From Nitrospinaceae bacterium (GTDB lineage: Bacteria > Nitrospinota > Nitrospinia > Nitrospinales > Nitrospinaceae): a stretch of DNA of 64,000 bases. The notes below the pieces were generated by a model. That model saw only the letters and a program-made list of their open reading frames with translations. It did no database searches and was not told the DNA's origin. The position numbers were made by a program, and so were the translations under genes. The stretch spans positions 3,200,001-3,264,000 of the forward strand of contig OZ245011.1 in NCBI GenBank assembly GCA_965223665.1, written 5' to 3'. This document shows, piece after piece, positions 18,807 through 28,402 of the stretch (positions are counted from its first letter, which is position 1; each line of letters begins with the position of its first letter).

Positions 18807-19781
18807 ATGACAAATAATAATATGAAAGATATAAATTTACTTTTTCTTGCTCCGCATTGGCGAGTTTCCTTGATCCAGGCCTTCCAACAATCCTGGAAGC
18901 GATCTTCTCTATCAGGAAAATTGATAGGTGCTGATAGCGATCCCTATGCAGCGGGTCAAAAAGCTCTGGAGCAATTTTACCAAATTCCCCAATTTGAACA
19001 TCTGGATTGCAAACAATCCCTACTTGAAATTTGTAAAGTGGAATCTGTAGATGCCATTTTACCCTTAACAAATAAAGCTATTGAGTTCTTAGATAATCAT
19101 CGTGAATCATTTTCAAATAATAATTGTCGACTCTATATTCAAAGCTCTGAAACTATCCAAGTGTGCCACGATAAACTTTTGTTATTTAATTATTTAAAAA
19201 AAATAGGTTTGAAAACACCTCATTCTTTTTCTCTGAAAAATTTACCCGCATCCCTTTCCTTTCCTTTGGTTTTGAAGGATAGAAAAGGTGAGGGAGGGAA
19301 AAATGTCACTATTATTAAAAACTCTGAAGAATTTGATTTTTATAAAAAGTCTGTAAATGAAGAAATTTTTCAAGAAAAGCTGGAAGGACAGGAATTTAGT
19401 GTTGACTGGTACTCTAACCTGGAAGGGAAGCCATTAATTATTGTTCCTCGCGAACGAATAAAGGTCCGATCAGGAGAGGTGATGCAAAGTAAGATTCAGC
19501 TAAAAGAAGAAATAATTGACGCTGTTTCTCTTGTGGGGAAATATCTTAATTTAAAGGGGCCATGTACCTTACAGGGTTTTTTATCTGAGAGTGGTGATTT
19601 TTTTTTCACGGATATTAATTTGCGATTTGGGAGTGGCTATGTCCATACTTTGGCGGCAGGAGGAGATGTGCCCCTGATGATGTACCGAGAACTTTCCGGA
19701 GAAGAAAGCACCAATGCTTCAATTAAAATCAAAGAGGGTTCAATAATGACTCGTTTTTTAGATGCGTTTTTTATTCAATAA
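18807..19781 (+). CDS. ATP-grasp protein (carbamoyl-phosphate-synthase-like)
   Basis: CHDKL, FPLVLK...G.GG, FQEKLEGQEFSVD, PRER, DINLRFGSG. Confidence 0.8.
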   Translation: MTNNNMKDINLLFLAPHWRVSLIQAFQQSWKRSSLSGKLIGADSDPYAAGQKALEQFYQIPQFEHLDCKQSLLEICKVESVDAILPLTNKAIEFLDNHRESFSNNNCRLYIQSSETIQVCHDKLLLFNYLKKIGLKTPHSFSLKNLPASLSFPLVLKDRKGEGGKNVTIIKNSEEFDFYKKSVNEEIFQEKLEGQEFSVDWYSNLEGKPLIIVPRERIKVRSGEVMQSKIQLKEEIIDAVSLVGKYLNLKGPCTLQGFLSESGDFFFTDINLRFGSGYVHTLAAGGDVPLMMYRELSGEESTNASIKIKEGSIMTRFLDAFFIQ

Positions 19782-19852
19782 ACCTGGTTTACAAACTGCC
19801 AATACAAGCCTATAGTGATTCGAAATAAATCCTTAAAAATTTTTTAAAAAAA

Positions 19853-20614
19853 ATGAGTTTTCCTATTCAAAATTTGCAAGCCAAAGATCGCTTAATTTTT
19901 GCCCTTGATACTCCCCATCTTGAAAGTGCTACCTATTATGTAAAAGTTTTAAACGGATTGGTGGGTGTATTTAAGGTGGGGCTGGAGTTATTTATCAAGG
20001 AAGGGCCAATAATTTTGCAGATGATAAAAGAAAACAGTGATGCAAAAATTTTTCTTGATCTCAAATTGCATGATATCCCTGCTACCGTTCGAGGAGGTCT
20101 TCGTTCAGCCGTAGATCATGAAATTGAGTTTATCACTGTCCATTGTTCCGGTGGAGAAGCTATGTTGAGAACTAGCCAGCAGGCTTTGGATAATTTGAAA
20201 GTGTTGGGCGTTACCGTTCTGACAAATCTTAATAAAAATGACCTTAGTGAGGAACAAGGATATAGAAGTAATATAAATACGAAAGACTTGGTAATGGCTC
20301 GAGCACATTTAGCTAAACAATGCGGGTGTTCTGGTATTGTTTGCTCTGGAGAAGAAGTGGGTGAGGTGAAGCGACGTTTTGGTAAAGATTTTTTAACAGT
20401 TGTGCCCGGTATACGTCCTCAATGGAGCGTTGTTGAAAAAGATGATCAAAGTCGAATAGTAACTCCTGAATCTGCAATTCAACTTGGTGCAGATTATTTA
20501 GTGGTAGGTCGTCCTATTAGAGATGCATCCGACCCAGGGGTTGCAGCGAAAAAAGTGGTCAAAGAAATTTTCGAAGCTTTAAAAACTTTTAGGAACAGTG
20601 AACTTCCTCATTAA
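19853..20614 (+). CDS. pyrF: Orotidine-5'-phosphate decarboxylase
   Basis: IFALD, FKVG, FLDLKLHDIPATV, VTVLT, PGIR, DDQSR, VVGRPI. Confidence 0.97.
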   Translation: MSFPIQNLQAKDRLIFALDTPHLESATYYVKVLNGLVGVFKVGLELFIKEGPIILQMIKENSDAKIFLDLKLHDIPATVRGGLRSAVDHEIEFITVHCSGGEAMLRTSQQALDNLKVLGVTVLTNLNKNDLSEEQGYRSNINTKDLVMARAHLAKQCGCSGIVCSGEEVGEVKRRFGKDFLTVVPGIRPQWSVVEKDDQSRIVTPESAIQLGADYLVVGRPIRDASDPGVAAKKVVKEIFEALKTFRNSELPH

Positions 20615-20620
20615 AACTAA

Positions 20621-21076
20621 ATGATTACATTGATAAACTTTATACATTTGTTGGCTTTGGTATGTTGGATTGGAAGTATAATCTTTTTTTCTTTTTTTGT
20701 AGCGCCTTCGGTATTTAAAGTTTTAGAACGTAAACAAGCTGGTGAAGTGATTGGAAGTGTTTTCCCTAAGTATTATGGGTTGGGTTATGTCTGCTGCCTA
20801 TTAGCCGTTGCCACTTTATTAATGAGTCCCAGGGGTTCGGTTGGTTTGCGTTTGCCCTTTTTAGTTATTATGGCTGCTTGTACTTTTTATGCAGGAATGG
20901 TGATTAACCCTCAAGCACGCAAAATTAAACAACAATTGTTGGAACAACCTGAAAATAAACAAGCCTTAGAACTTCAATTTAAAAATCTGCATGGCTGGTC
21001 AGTTAGGCTTAATAGTTCTGTGCTAATTTTTGGATTGGGATTGTTATGGATAACTGCAATGGGCATCCAGATTTAA
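20621..21076 (+). CDS. DUF4149-type membrane protein
   Basis: 4 TM helices; WIG..FF..VAP.VF, AG......FP.Y, F..LH..S..LN. Confidence 0.8.
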   Translation: MITLINFIHLLALVCWIGSIIFFSFFVAPSVFKVLERKQAGEVIGSVFPKYYGLGYVCCLLAVATLLMSPRGSVGLRLPFLVIMAACTFYAGMVINPQARKIKQQLLEQPENKQALELQFKNLHGWSVRLNSSVLIFGLGLLWITAMGIQI

Positions 21077-21086
21077 TTGACCCACC

Positions 21087-22247
21087 ATGAGTATTTCAAG
21101 GTCTTATAGACCATTTTATACAAAGACTTCATTTATTTTATCCATACTCTTAGCAGGGATAATATACAGCTATGGTTGGAAAGTTACTCAAATCGATCTT
21201 GGAGAATTAATCCGTGATGTTCACCTGGTTCGTCCTTTAATTTCGGCTTTGATACAACCGGACTTGATTTCATGGGAGACGAAATCAACATCGGTTGAAA
21301 CTACATTCTATATTGATGAATCTACAAATGAAAAGCCGCTCCCACTCGAAAAAAAATCATTAGAACCTCAATTAAAATTATCTAAAATGAAGGGTAAGGT
21401 TGGGGATGAAATATCCATTGAAGGGTTTAATTTAAAACCTTCAAGCAATGGAAGTTTATTTTGGGTTAATTCTATTGAACAAGAATTTCCACTGGGTTCA
21501 TTTACCACAAATTCAGAGGGGTATTTTTTAATTAAGTCGCAGGTTCCTCCTTCAGCTCGAGGGGATCAGCAGTGGGTTCGTGCCGTTATGTCATGGCGAA
21601 CCGGGGGTTGGAAATTCAGCCATACTTTAAAGTTAACAATTGAAAAAATTATCGAAACTATTTTTTTGGGTTTGATGGCAACTTCTATGGCTGTAATTTT
21701 AGCTGGACCATTGAGTTTTTTTGGGGCTCGAAATTTAATGTTTCGAAACAGGGTTACTGCTGCATTTTATTATTTAGTTAGAACTATCTTTAATGTGCTT
21801 CGTTCCATTGAACCTCTCATTATGGCAATCATTTTTGCGGTTTGGGTAGGAATTGGTCCATTTGCAGGGGTTTTAGCGTTGGGAATCCATTCAACTGCTG
21901 CTCTAGGTAAGCTTTTTTCTGAGCAAATTGAAAGTATTGATTCTGGGTTGGTAGAGGCAATCAAAGCAACGGGAGCTTCACCGCTTCAGATTATTTTGTA
22001 TGGAGTGGTTCCACAGGTAATTCCCCAATTCTTGGCTTTAACATTTTATCGTTGGGATATTAATGTGAGGATGTCTACGATAATTGGGTTTGTAGGTGGG
22101 GGAGGCATTGGGTTTCTACTCCAACAATGGATCAACCTCTTAAAATATAATCAAGCTGGAACAGCGCTATTAGCAATTGCACTTGTAGTTATAACACTTG
22201 ATGTTATTAGTGCAAAGATAAGAGCAAAAATACTAAACCCCAATTAG
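21087..22247 (+). CDS. phnE: PhnE-like ABC permease with enlarged extracytoplasmic insert
   Basis: C-half IIETI..G, RSIEPL, GIGPFAGVLAL, LGKLFSEQIE, EAIKATGA, YRWDINVR, GFVGGGGIG. Confidence 0.8.
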   Translation: MSISRSYRPFYTKTSFILSILLAGIIYSYGWKVTQIDLGELIRDVHLVRPLISALIQPDLISWETKSTSVETTFYIDESTNEKPLPLEKKSLEPQLKLSKMKGKVGDEISIEGFNLKPSSNGSLFWVNSIEQEFPLGSFTTNSEGYFLIKSQVPPSARGDQQWVRAVMSWRTGGWKFSHTLKLTIEKIIETIFLGLMATSMAVILAGPLSFFGARNLMFRNRVTAAFYYLVRTIFNVLRSIEPLIMAIIFAVWVGIGPFAGVLALGIHSTAALGKLFSEQIESIDSGLVEAIKATGASPLQIILYGVVPQVIPQFLALTFYRWDINVRMSTIIGFVGGGGIGFLLQQWINLLKYNQAGTALLAIALVVITLDVISAKIRAKILNPN

Positions 22248-22279
22248 AAAATTGTAGATTAAATAAATGAAATTATCAG

Positions 22280-23113
22280 CTACCAAAGAGGTTTGCTTTT
22301 TTTCTTTGGTTTAGTTTTTTTTACTTCTTGAGACGGGTAGGAACTGGTTGGGTTTTCTACCGTTTGAATCAAGGGGCTTTGAGACTGGTACTTATCTAAC
22401 TTAGCCATTGAACCCGGGTACAACTCTTTAGAGGCTGGGGTCATTCGATTAAAATCCCGCATAAATCGCTTCGATGATTCTGGCAATCTTCTTAAGGTTT
22501 TGGTGATCATTATTTCTTTTGGAGTTAATTCGCTCCGATAATACTCATTATTTAAATCATAATGAGGCTTGATGACCGTTCCTTTTAAGGAAATTCCAAG
22601 AAAAATACCCTTACTTTTCGAATAAGAATAAACATCACCTTGTAATAAAATATCCAATCCAATTTCCGCATGTCTTCCAACGGGCCCTGCTGTAACGGCA
22701 AGGTCGCTTCCTAAAGTAAATTGATTTTTTAAAAGACCATTTACACCGCGTTCAGTCATAACTAATAGCACTAAATCTATTGCTTGAGCTCCGGCCTGAA
22801 ATCCTACACTTCCCCCCAAGGTCGTAAAAAATGAAGGTGGGCCCCATTTCCCTGTTTCAGGATGACGCACAGTTGCAACACCCTTTCCATAACGGACGGC
22901 CCCAATAAATCCTGCTTTTAACATTGCAGGAAAAACTAAAATTGCCTTTGCTTGGGAAGTTAACCTTTGTGGAATTTCTAAATCTGGAATACTTAAGATT
23001 TCTTCTAATACTTCAGTGGAATCTTTCAATAAGTTATGTTGTTTAGTTATTTCTGCAAAGGCACTATTGGAAAAGACCAAGCAAAAAATAATGAGAGACG
23101 ATAAAAATTTCAT
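22280..23113 (-). CDS. YSC84/SYLF lipid-binding domain protein, exported
   Basis: KAGFIG...GKG, W..P.F, GGSVGFQAG, AGPVGR, YSYSKSKGIFLG.SL.G; SD AAGGAG before ATG 23113. Confidence 0.88.
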   Translation of the reverse strand: MKFLSSLIIFCLVFSNSAFAEITKQHNLLKDSTEVLEEILSIPDLEIPQRLTSQAKAILVFPAMLKAGFIGAVRYGKGVATVRHPETGKWGPPSFFTTLGGSVGFQAGAQAIDLVLLVMTERGVNGLLKNQFTLGSDLAVTAGPVGRHAEIGLDILLQGDVYSYSKSKGIFLGISLKGTVIKPHYDLNNEYYRSELTPKEIMITKTLRRLPESSKRFMRDFNRMTPASKELYPGSMAKLDKYQSQSPLIQTVENPTSSYPSQEVKKTKPKKKSKPLW

Positions 23114-23433
23114 GGGGCTCTCCTTAATAGAGAAAATTTTATTGGGCAAATTCAATTTGCGCTTAGTTCAAAAAAGTCAGGGATTCTGGAGCTAAGAATC
23201 AAATTTATGTTATAACAAATTATTAAATTAATACAATAAGTTATAGAGAGTTTGGCAGCTTAAGTTAATGCACCCAACATCAATGGGTTACTAATATTTT
23301 AAAAGTATTTTTTTGAAAAAAGCTATTAAAATCGAATTTTATTTTTGCCTAACTTTGCAAATTTCAGAGAAATCCCGCTATTTGTTGTAAAAATACTTTA
23401 CCCCTAAATGAATCCCACCTAGTATTCATATTT

Positions 23434-25392
23434 ATGGAAGCAATGACTATTCAAAAATATTTTGATTCTGGTGGAAAATTATCGCAAAAGCTCCCTGGAT
23501 ATGAACATCGACCGCAACAAATTGAAATGGCGGCACAAGTTGCAGATTCGTTAGAAAAATCTAAACATTTAATGGTGGAAGCAGGGACCGGGACAGGTAA
23601 AAGTTTGGCTTATCTTATTCCCTCAGTTTTATGGGCATTGGAAAATAATAAACGCGTTGTTATTTCCACTTACACTAAGACTTTGCAGGAACAAATCATA
23701 AATCAAGACATCCCCTTTATTAACAGGACTCTTGGAATTCCATTTCGGTTTTCATTATGTCTGGGAAATGAAAACTATCTTTCCTTGCGTCGAATGAAAA
23801 GAGCATCGCAAACTAATTTATTTAATGAGATTGAAGCCGAGGAACAATGGAACGAAATTTTTGAGTGGTCTCAATCTACTATAACAGGAATAAGAAGTGA
23901 TTTGCCTTTCGAACCTTTTTCTTCAGTTTGGGATGAGGTGGGTCGGAATAAAGATCTATGTATGGGGAAAAATTGTGAAACTTATGACCAATGCTTTTAT
24001 TTTAAAGAAAGAAGACGTTGGTACGGTGCTCAACTACTTATAGTCAATCACCACTTATTTTTTGCAAATGTTGCAAACAATGGAGCTGTTTTGCCACGAT
24101 ATGATGCGGTAATATTTGATGAGGCGCAAAACCTTGAGGAAGCCGCAACATCCTTTTTGGGATTAGAAATTTCTAATTCCAGTTTGTTTTACTTTTTAGA
24201 TCGATTTTACAACCCCAGAACGAGACGAGGTTCCTTAACCCGTCTTCCATCAGAACTTACCCACGGTATAAAAATACAAGTTACTAAGGTCAGAGCTGCA
24301 GTAGAGGCTTTTTTCCAAAATGTGCTAGACGAATATGGATTACAAGATAGAAGCCTGAGGTTTTACAATCCTCCAGCTATCAATAATAATTTGTTTATTC
24401 CAATGCAAGATCTTCATGAAATGTTAAAAACGCTAACTAATCAATTAGTGGAGGAAGAATATTTAGAAATTAATGCAGCGGCAAATCGAGTTTTTGAGTT
24501 TAATAATGCCTTGTCAGCTTTATTGAACCAAAATCTTCCTGGATATGTTTATTGGTTGGAAATTAATAGAAAGAAACGTTTTATACGTGCATCCCTTCGC
24601 GGAGTACCAGTAAATATTGAAGATGAATTACGTGAGCAAGTATTTAAAAAAACGGATCGAATAGTTTTAACCTCAGCCACTTTATCAACTAATCAAGATT
24701 TTTCCTATATTAAAAAACGATTAGGATTTGAGCCTGCTGAGGAATCTATTTTAGACTCCCCTTTTCAATATGCAAAACAAGCGTTACTTTATTTGCCAAA
24801 AGATTTACCCGAGCCAAATGAAACGATGGACATTTATATTAAATCTCTTTCAAATCGATGTCTGGAATTAATTAATGCTACAGAAGGAAAAACGTTTATT
24901 CTATTCACAAGTTATGACACTTTAAATCGAGTTTTTCAAAAGTTAGATCCCCAAATACAAAAGTATCAATTATTAAAACAGGGAGAATTATCTCCCACCC
25001 GAATGATAGAAAAATTCAAGGAAAAGCCCTCGATTATATTTGGAACTAATTCTTTTTGGCAGGGGGTTGACATTCCTGGGGAAGCTTTATCAAGCGTCAT
25101 TATTACCAAATTGCCTTTCGATGTTCCTTCAGAACCTTTAATAGAGGCTCGTATTGAAGATTTAAAAAAACGATCTATTAATCCCTTTCGGCATTTCCAG
25201 ATGCCGCGAGCAATAATTCAGTTACGTCAGGGCTTTGGGCGGTTGATCCGTACTTGTAATGATAAAGGTATAGTTTCGATATTAGACTCCCGATTGGTCA
25301 ATAAAGGGTATGGAAAGCAATTCATTGAATCACTCCCACCCGTCAACCAAACTTCGTCAATCGATGATATTAAAGAGTTCTTAATAAAATAA
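23434..25392 (+). CDS. DinG/YoaA-family ATP-dependent DNA helicase
   Basis: Q motif RPQQ, EAGTGTGKSLAY, Fe-S-type Cys cluster, DEAQ, LTSATL, SFWQGVD, QGFGRLIR. Confidence 0.93.
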   Translation: MEAMTIQKYFDSGGKLSQKLPGYEHRPQQIEMAAQVADSLEKSKHLMVEAGTGTGKSLAYLIPSVLWALENNKRVVISTYTKTLQEQIINQDIPFINRTLGIPFRFSLCLGNENYLSLRRMKRASQTNLFNEIEAEEQWNEIFEWSQSTITGIRSDLPFEPFSSVWDEVGRNKDLCMGKNCETYDQCFYFKERRRWYGAQLLIVNHHLFFANVANNGAVLPRYDAVIFDEAQNLEEAATSFLGLEISNSSLFYFLDRFYNPRTRRGSLTRLPSELTHGIKIQVTKVRAAVEAFFQNVLDEYGLQDRSLRFYNPPAINNNLFIPMQDLHEMLKTLTNQLVEEEYLEINAAANRVFEFNNALSALLNQNLPGYVYWLEINRKKRFIRASLRGVPVNIEDELREQVFKKTDRIVLTSATLSTNQDFSYIKKRLGFEPAEESILDSPFQYAKQALLYLPKDLPEPNETMDIYIKSLSNRCLELINATEGKTFILFTSYDTLNRVFQKLDPQIQKYQLLKQGELSPTRMIEKFKEKPSIIFGTNSFWQGVDIPGEALSSVIITKLPFDVPSEPLIEARIEDLKKRSINPFRHFQMPRAIIQLRQGFGRLIRTCNDKGIVSILDSRLVNKGYGKQFIESLPPVNQTSSIDDIKEFLIK

Positions 25393-25417
25393 ATTTATAC
25401 TTGGAGTTTTGCTCAAA

Positions 25418-28378
25418 TTACGATGGAGGTATAGGAGCTGTCGAACTTTCTGACTTAGATTTTTTACTTTTCTCTTTTTTGGATTGAGAAGACAGAATAG
25501 AATTTTTTTCTGTTAACTTGGGTGTAGTTGGATCGATGCTTAATTCGCCGGTTATTTTCTTAAACCAATTAGAATTTCTAACAGAAGCAAACTTTTCTTC
25601 TTTTTTTAGCTGTGAGGTTGGAGGCAAAGTTCCTTGTTCTTTACATTTTTTTAACCATTCACGACAACTCGATTCGTTACCCAATTGAGCCATTAACTTA
25701 GCTAAACTAAAGGAAGCAATTCCAGGTTGAAGATCCTCAGCTTGTTGAAGTTTACCTTTTGCCTCAGCCAATAAAGGATGTGCATTTATCCCACGTTTAG
25801 TGGACGCTTGTTCCATTAAAGCGTCTGCCATAAATGTAAGAGCCTCAGGTATATCTTCACGAATATCAAGAGCGGATTGAAAATTATCTAATGCCTGGTT
25901 TAATAAAGAATCTGCCTTTTTCCCAGATTCTTTCTTAGATTTATTTAATAGAATTTCACCCCAATAAGTTAAGGCTAATGGATCGTTGGGTTGAGATTTG
26001 ATTACGGTCTTATATTTTTCTTCGGCTTGTTTAACAAGGGATTCCTTTTCTTCATTATTTAAAAATTGGGACATCTTATAAATAGCGTTTCCCCAAAGAG
26101 TCATTGCGTTCAAATGATCTGGGCTTACTTTTAAAGCTGATTTGCATTTTTCTATAACAGCTTCTAATAAAGGAGTGGCCTCCTCCTGTTCCTTGTTTTG
26201 GGCCTGTTGAAAATAAACCTGTCCCAAATATGTCAAAGCTTCATGATTGGCTTTTTCAGATTTAACGGCTTCTTTAAAATAATGTTCTGCACTGCCAAGA
26301 AGAGCTTCAGCTTCTATTCCACTTTTAGTTTTCCCTAATTGGAAATAAACATTACCGAGACGAATTTGGGCGTCATAATTTTTTGGATTGGTTTTTAAAG
26401 CTGTTTTAAATTGATCTGCAGCTTGGTTTAGGAGCTTGGATTCGGCGTCTCCCTTTCTCCTCAGAGCCATATTAAAAAGGCCGTTTCCCCATCTATAGTG
26501 AACACGATGGTTCCCGGGTTTTAGTTCAATTACTTTTTCAAATTTTTTCCGGGCCAACCCAAAAAGTTCTTTGCTGACATTATCATTTCGTAACATGCTG
26601 CGTTCCAATAATGCGTCGGCCCAACCAAGATAAGCTTCCGGCGTATTAGGGTTTAACTTTGTAGCCCATTGAAATTTTTCTGCAGCAATTGATAACATAC
26701 GATCTGCTTCCTCGCCCTTTTTTACACGAGAAAACTTTAATAGGGATTGACCCATTGGAATAAGGGCATCAATTCGGTTGGGTTGCTTTTTTAACACCAG
26801 TTGGAATTTTTCGGCAGCCTGTCCATAAAAGCGTAAAGCTTCTGAACCTTTTTTACGCTTTGCCATTGAATATAATGCAATGGCACACCCAAAAGCTGCT
26901 TCGGCATCATCAGGGTTTTGTTTCAATGCTGATTGTAAATTCTCAACAGCATCACCATAAAGAGAGGCATTTTCATCTTCGACGAGATTTGCTTTTTCGA
27001 CGTAAATTAAACCGAGGTGCATTTTCGCATCTTCATGTTCTGGAATTAATGAAAGCACTTTATTGAAATTTTTTTCCGCTAATTTTAGATATTTTTCTTT
27101 TTCTTCTGCTGAACTATGCTCCATTCTTTTGAAGTAAACCTTGCCGAGGTTAGAATATATTTCAGAATTTTCAGATTTTATTTCTAAGGCTAAGTTAAAG
27201 TTAGTTTCTGCTTTTTCTAAAAGTGGATTCATCTTTTCAATTGAAGATTCTATTGAATTGTTCAAATGGGATTCTCCAACCGTTAAATAAGCCCATGTAA
27301 GCAAACTTGCTAATTGAGGAGTAGGAGTGAGATCATACTGTTTGCGTTGTTCTAAAACTTTTTCAGGATCACCTGCCATGAAGCTAAATCGAGCATTTTT
27401 AATGGCTTCAACAAGATCTTGGTTTTCAGAATCAAAGCTAACCTTTTCAAAGTTTAAATCTTTTGCTTTTTGCTCTCCTTCATACTTGTGAATTGTATCC
27501 TCAATTTGTTTCAGAGCGATGTCAGTTACCTTGATTTCTTCATTTTCATAATTGGAAGGATAAGCAGCAGCAGATTGAATCACCTCACCTAGAAAGGAAA
27601 ATGGATTTGCTATAAACTCAGGAACTGGTAAAGTCAATTCTTGTGCTAAAGATGTAAAAAATTTATCAGGATCTGCATAGATAATTTTTGCATCTTTTGA
27701 AATAAAACTAATTTTTTCTTCCATCGATTTAGAAAGGCGAGACGTATCTGAATGCACCCAGAATAATCCTTGATCAATACCCTCTGAACCTCTTATCAAA
27801 TGTTTTAGAATTAGGTCGTCTTCTTCAGGATAAAATCCTACAACTACCCAAGGGCCTTGAGAACAAGCCTTATTAAATAGACTTTCCCAGGAACCCTGAC
27901 CTGCTCCCAGGGTTTGACCCCGCAAATAGTAAATGGCTTTAGAGGATACCCAATCGGGTTTTATCAGAGTACCGGCTGCGCAATCATATATGGAAGGAAA
28001 CTCTTTAAATAGCGAACAAGCTCTAACCAATAGGGAATCTATTGAAGTTGTCATAACTTGTTTAAAATAATCTTGGGAAATCATTTGGGCGGCGTATATG
28101 TTAGCCCAATTTAATTTAGCGTTTTTTTCAAAGTCACCCAACAAGGTTTCATTTTCCAATTGGGTGAGTTGCTCAACACAACTTTTTAAATCTTTTGTTT
28201 CGGCTCTCTTATAAGCTTTAGGATATTTATCTTTTATTAAACCAACAAATTCGTTAGTGGATGGGATTCCTGCTTTTGCGGAACAACTCTCCCCCAAAAA
28301 TAATGTGGCTGCTTTGCCATTGTTTTTATTCTCTTTTAAAAGAGATATTAATTGATTTAAATTTTCCTGAAAACTCAT
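25418..28378 (-). CDS. Degenerate SIR2-like domain fused to about 12 long TPR-like repeats
   Basis: N-term LFLGESCS..AGIP, MTTSIDSLL, YLRG, VVVGF in sirtuin motif order; 44-aa helical repeats; C-terminal capping unit FSLAKLMAQLG..CREWL. Confidence 0.75.
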   Translation of the reverse strand: MSFQENLNQLISLLKENKNNGKAATLFLGESCSAKAGIPSTNEFVGLIKDKYPKAYKRAETKDLKSCVEQLTQLENETLLGDFEKNAKLNWANIYAAQMISQDYFKQVMTTSIDSLLVRACSLFKEFPSIYDCAAGTLIKPDWVSSKAIYYLRGQTLGAGQGSWESLFNKACSQGPWVVVGFYPEEDDLILKHLIRGSEGIDQGLFWVHSDTSRLSKSMEEKISFISKDAKIIYADPDKFFTSLAQELTLPVPEFIANPFSFLGEVIQSAAAYPSNYENEEIKVTDIALKQIEDTIHKYEGEQKAKDLNFEKVSFDSENQDLVEAIKNARFSFMAGDPEKVLEQRKQYDLTPTPQLASLLTWAYLTVGESHLNNSIESSIEKMNPLLEKAETNFNLALEIKSENSEIYSNLGKVYFKRMEHSSAEEKEKYLKLAEKNFNKVLSLIPEHEDAKMHLGLIYVEKANLVEDENASLYGDAVENLQSALKQNPDDAEAAFGCAIALYSMAKRKKGSEALRFYGQAAEKFQLVLKKQPNRIDALIPMGQSLLKFSRVKKGEEADRMLSIAAEKFQWATKLNPNTPEAYLGWADALLERSMLRNDNVSKELFGLARKKFEKVIELKPGNHRVHYRWGNGLFNMALRRKGDAESKLLNQAADQFKTALKTNPKNYDAQIRLGNVYFQLGKTKSGIEAEALLGSAEHYFKEAVKSEKANHEALTYLGQVYFQQAQNKEQEEATPLLEAVIEKCKSALKVSPDHLNAMTLWGNAIYKMSQFLNNEEKESLVKQAEEKYKTVIKSQPNDPLALTYWGEILLNKSKKESGKKADSLLNQALDNFQSALDIREDIPEALTFMADALMEQASTKRGINAHPLLAEAKGKLQQAEDLQPGIASFSLAKLMAQLGNESSCREWLKKCKEQGTLPPTSQLKKEEKFASVRNSNWFKKITGELSIDPTTPKLTEKNSILSSQSKKEKSKKSKSESSTAPIPPS

Positions 28379-28402
28379 CTAACACTCGATTGATAAAAAA
28401 AT

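Noticed and set aside
23434-25392. DinG as a type IV CRISPR helicase or partner of the SIR2-TPR gene
   Set aside because: No cas genes or array; it looks like the ordinary Fe-S YoaA/DinG and is convergent with, not co-transcribed with, the SIR2-TPR gene
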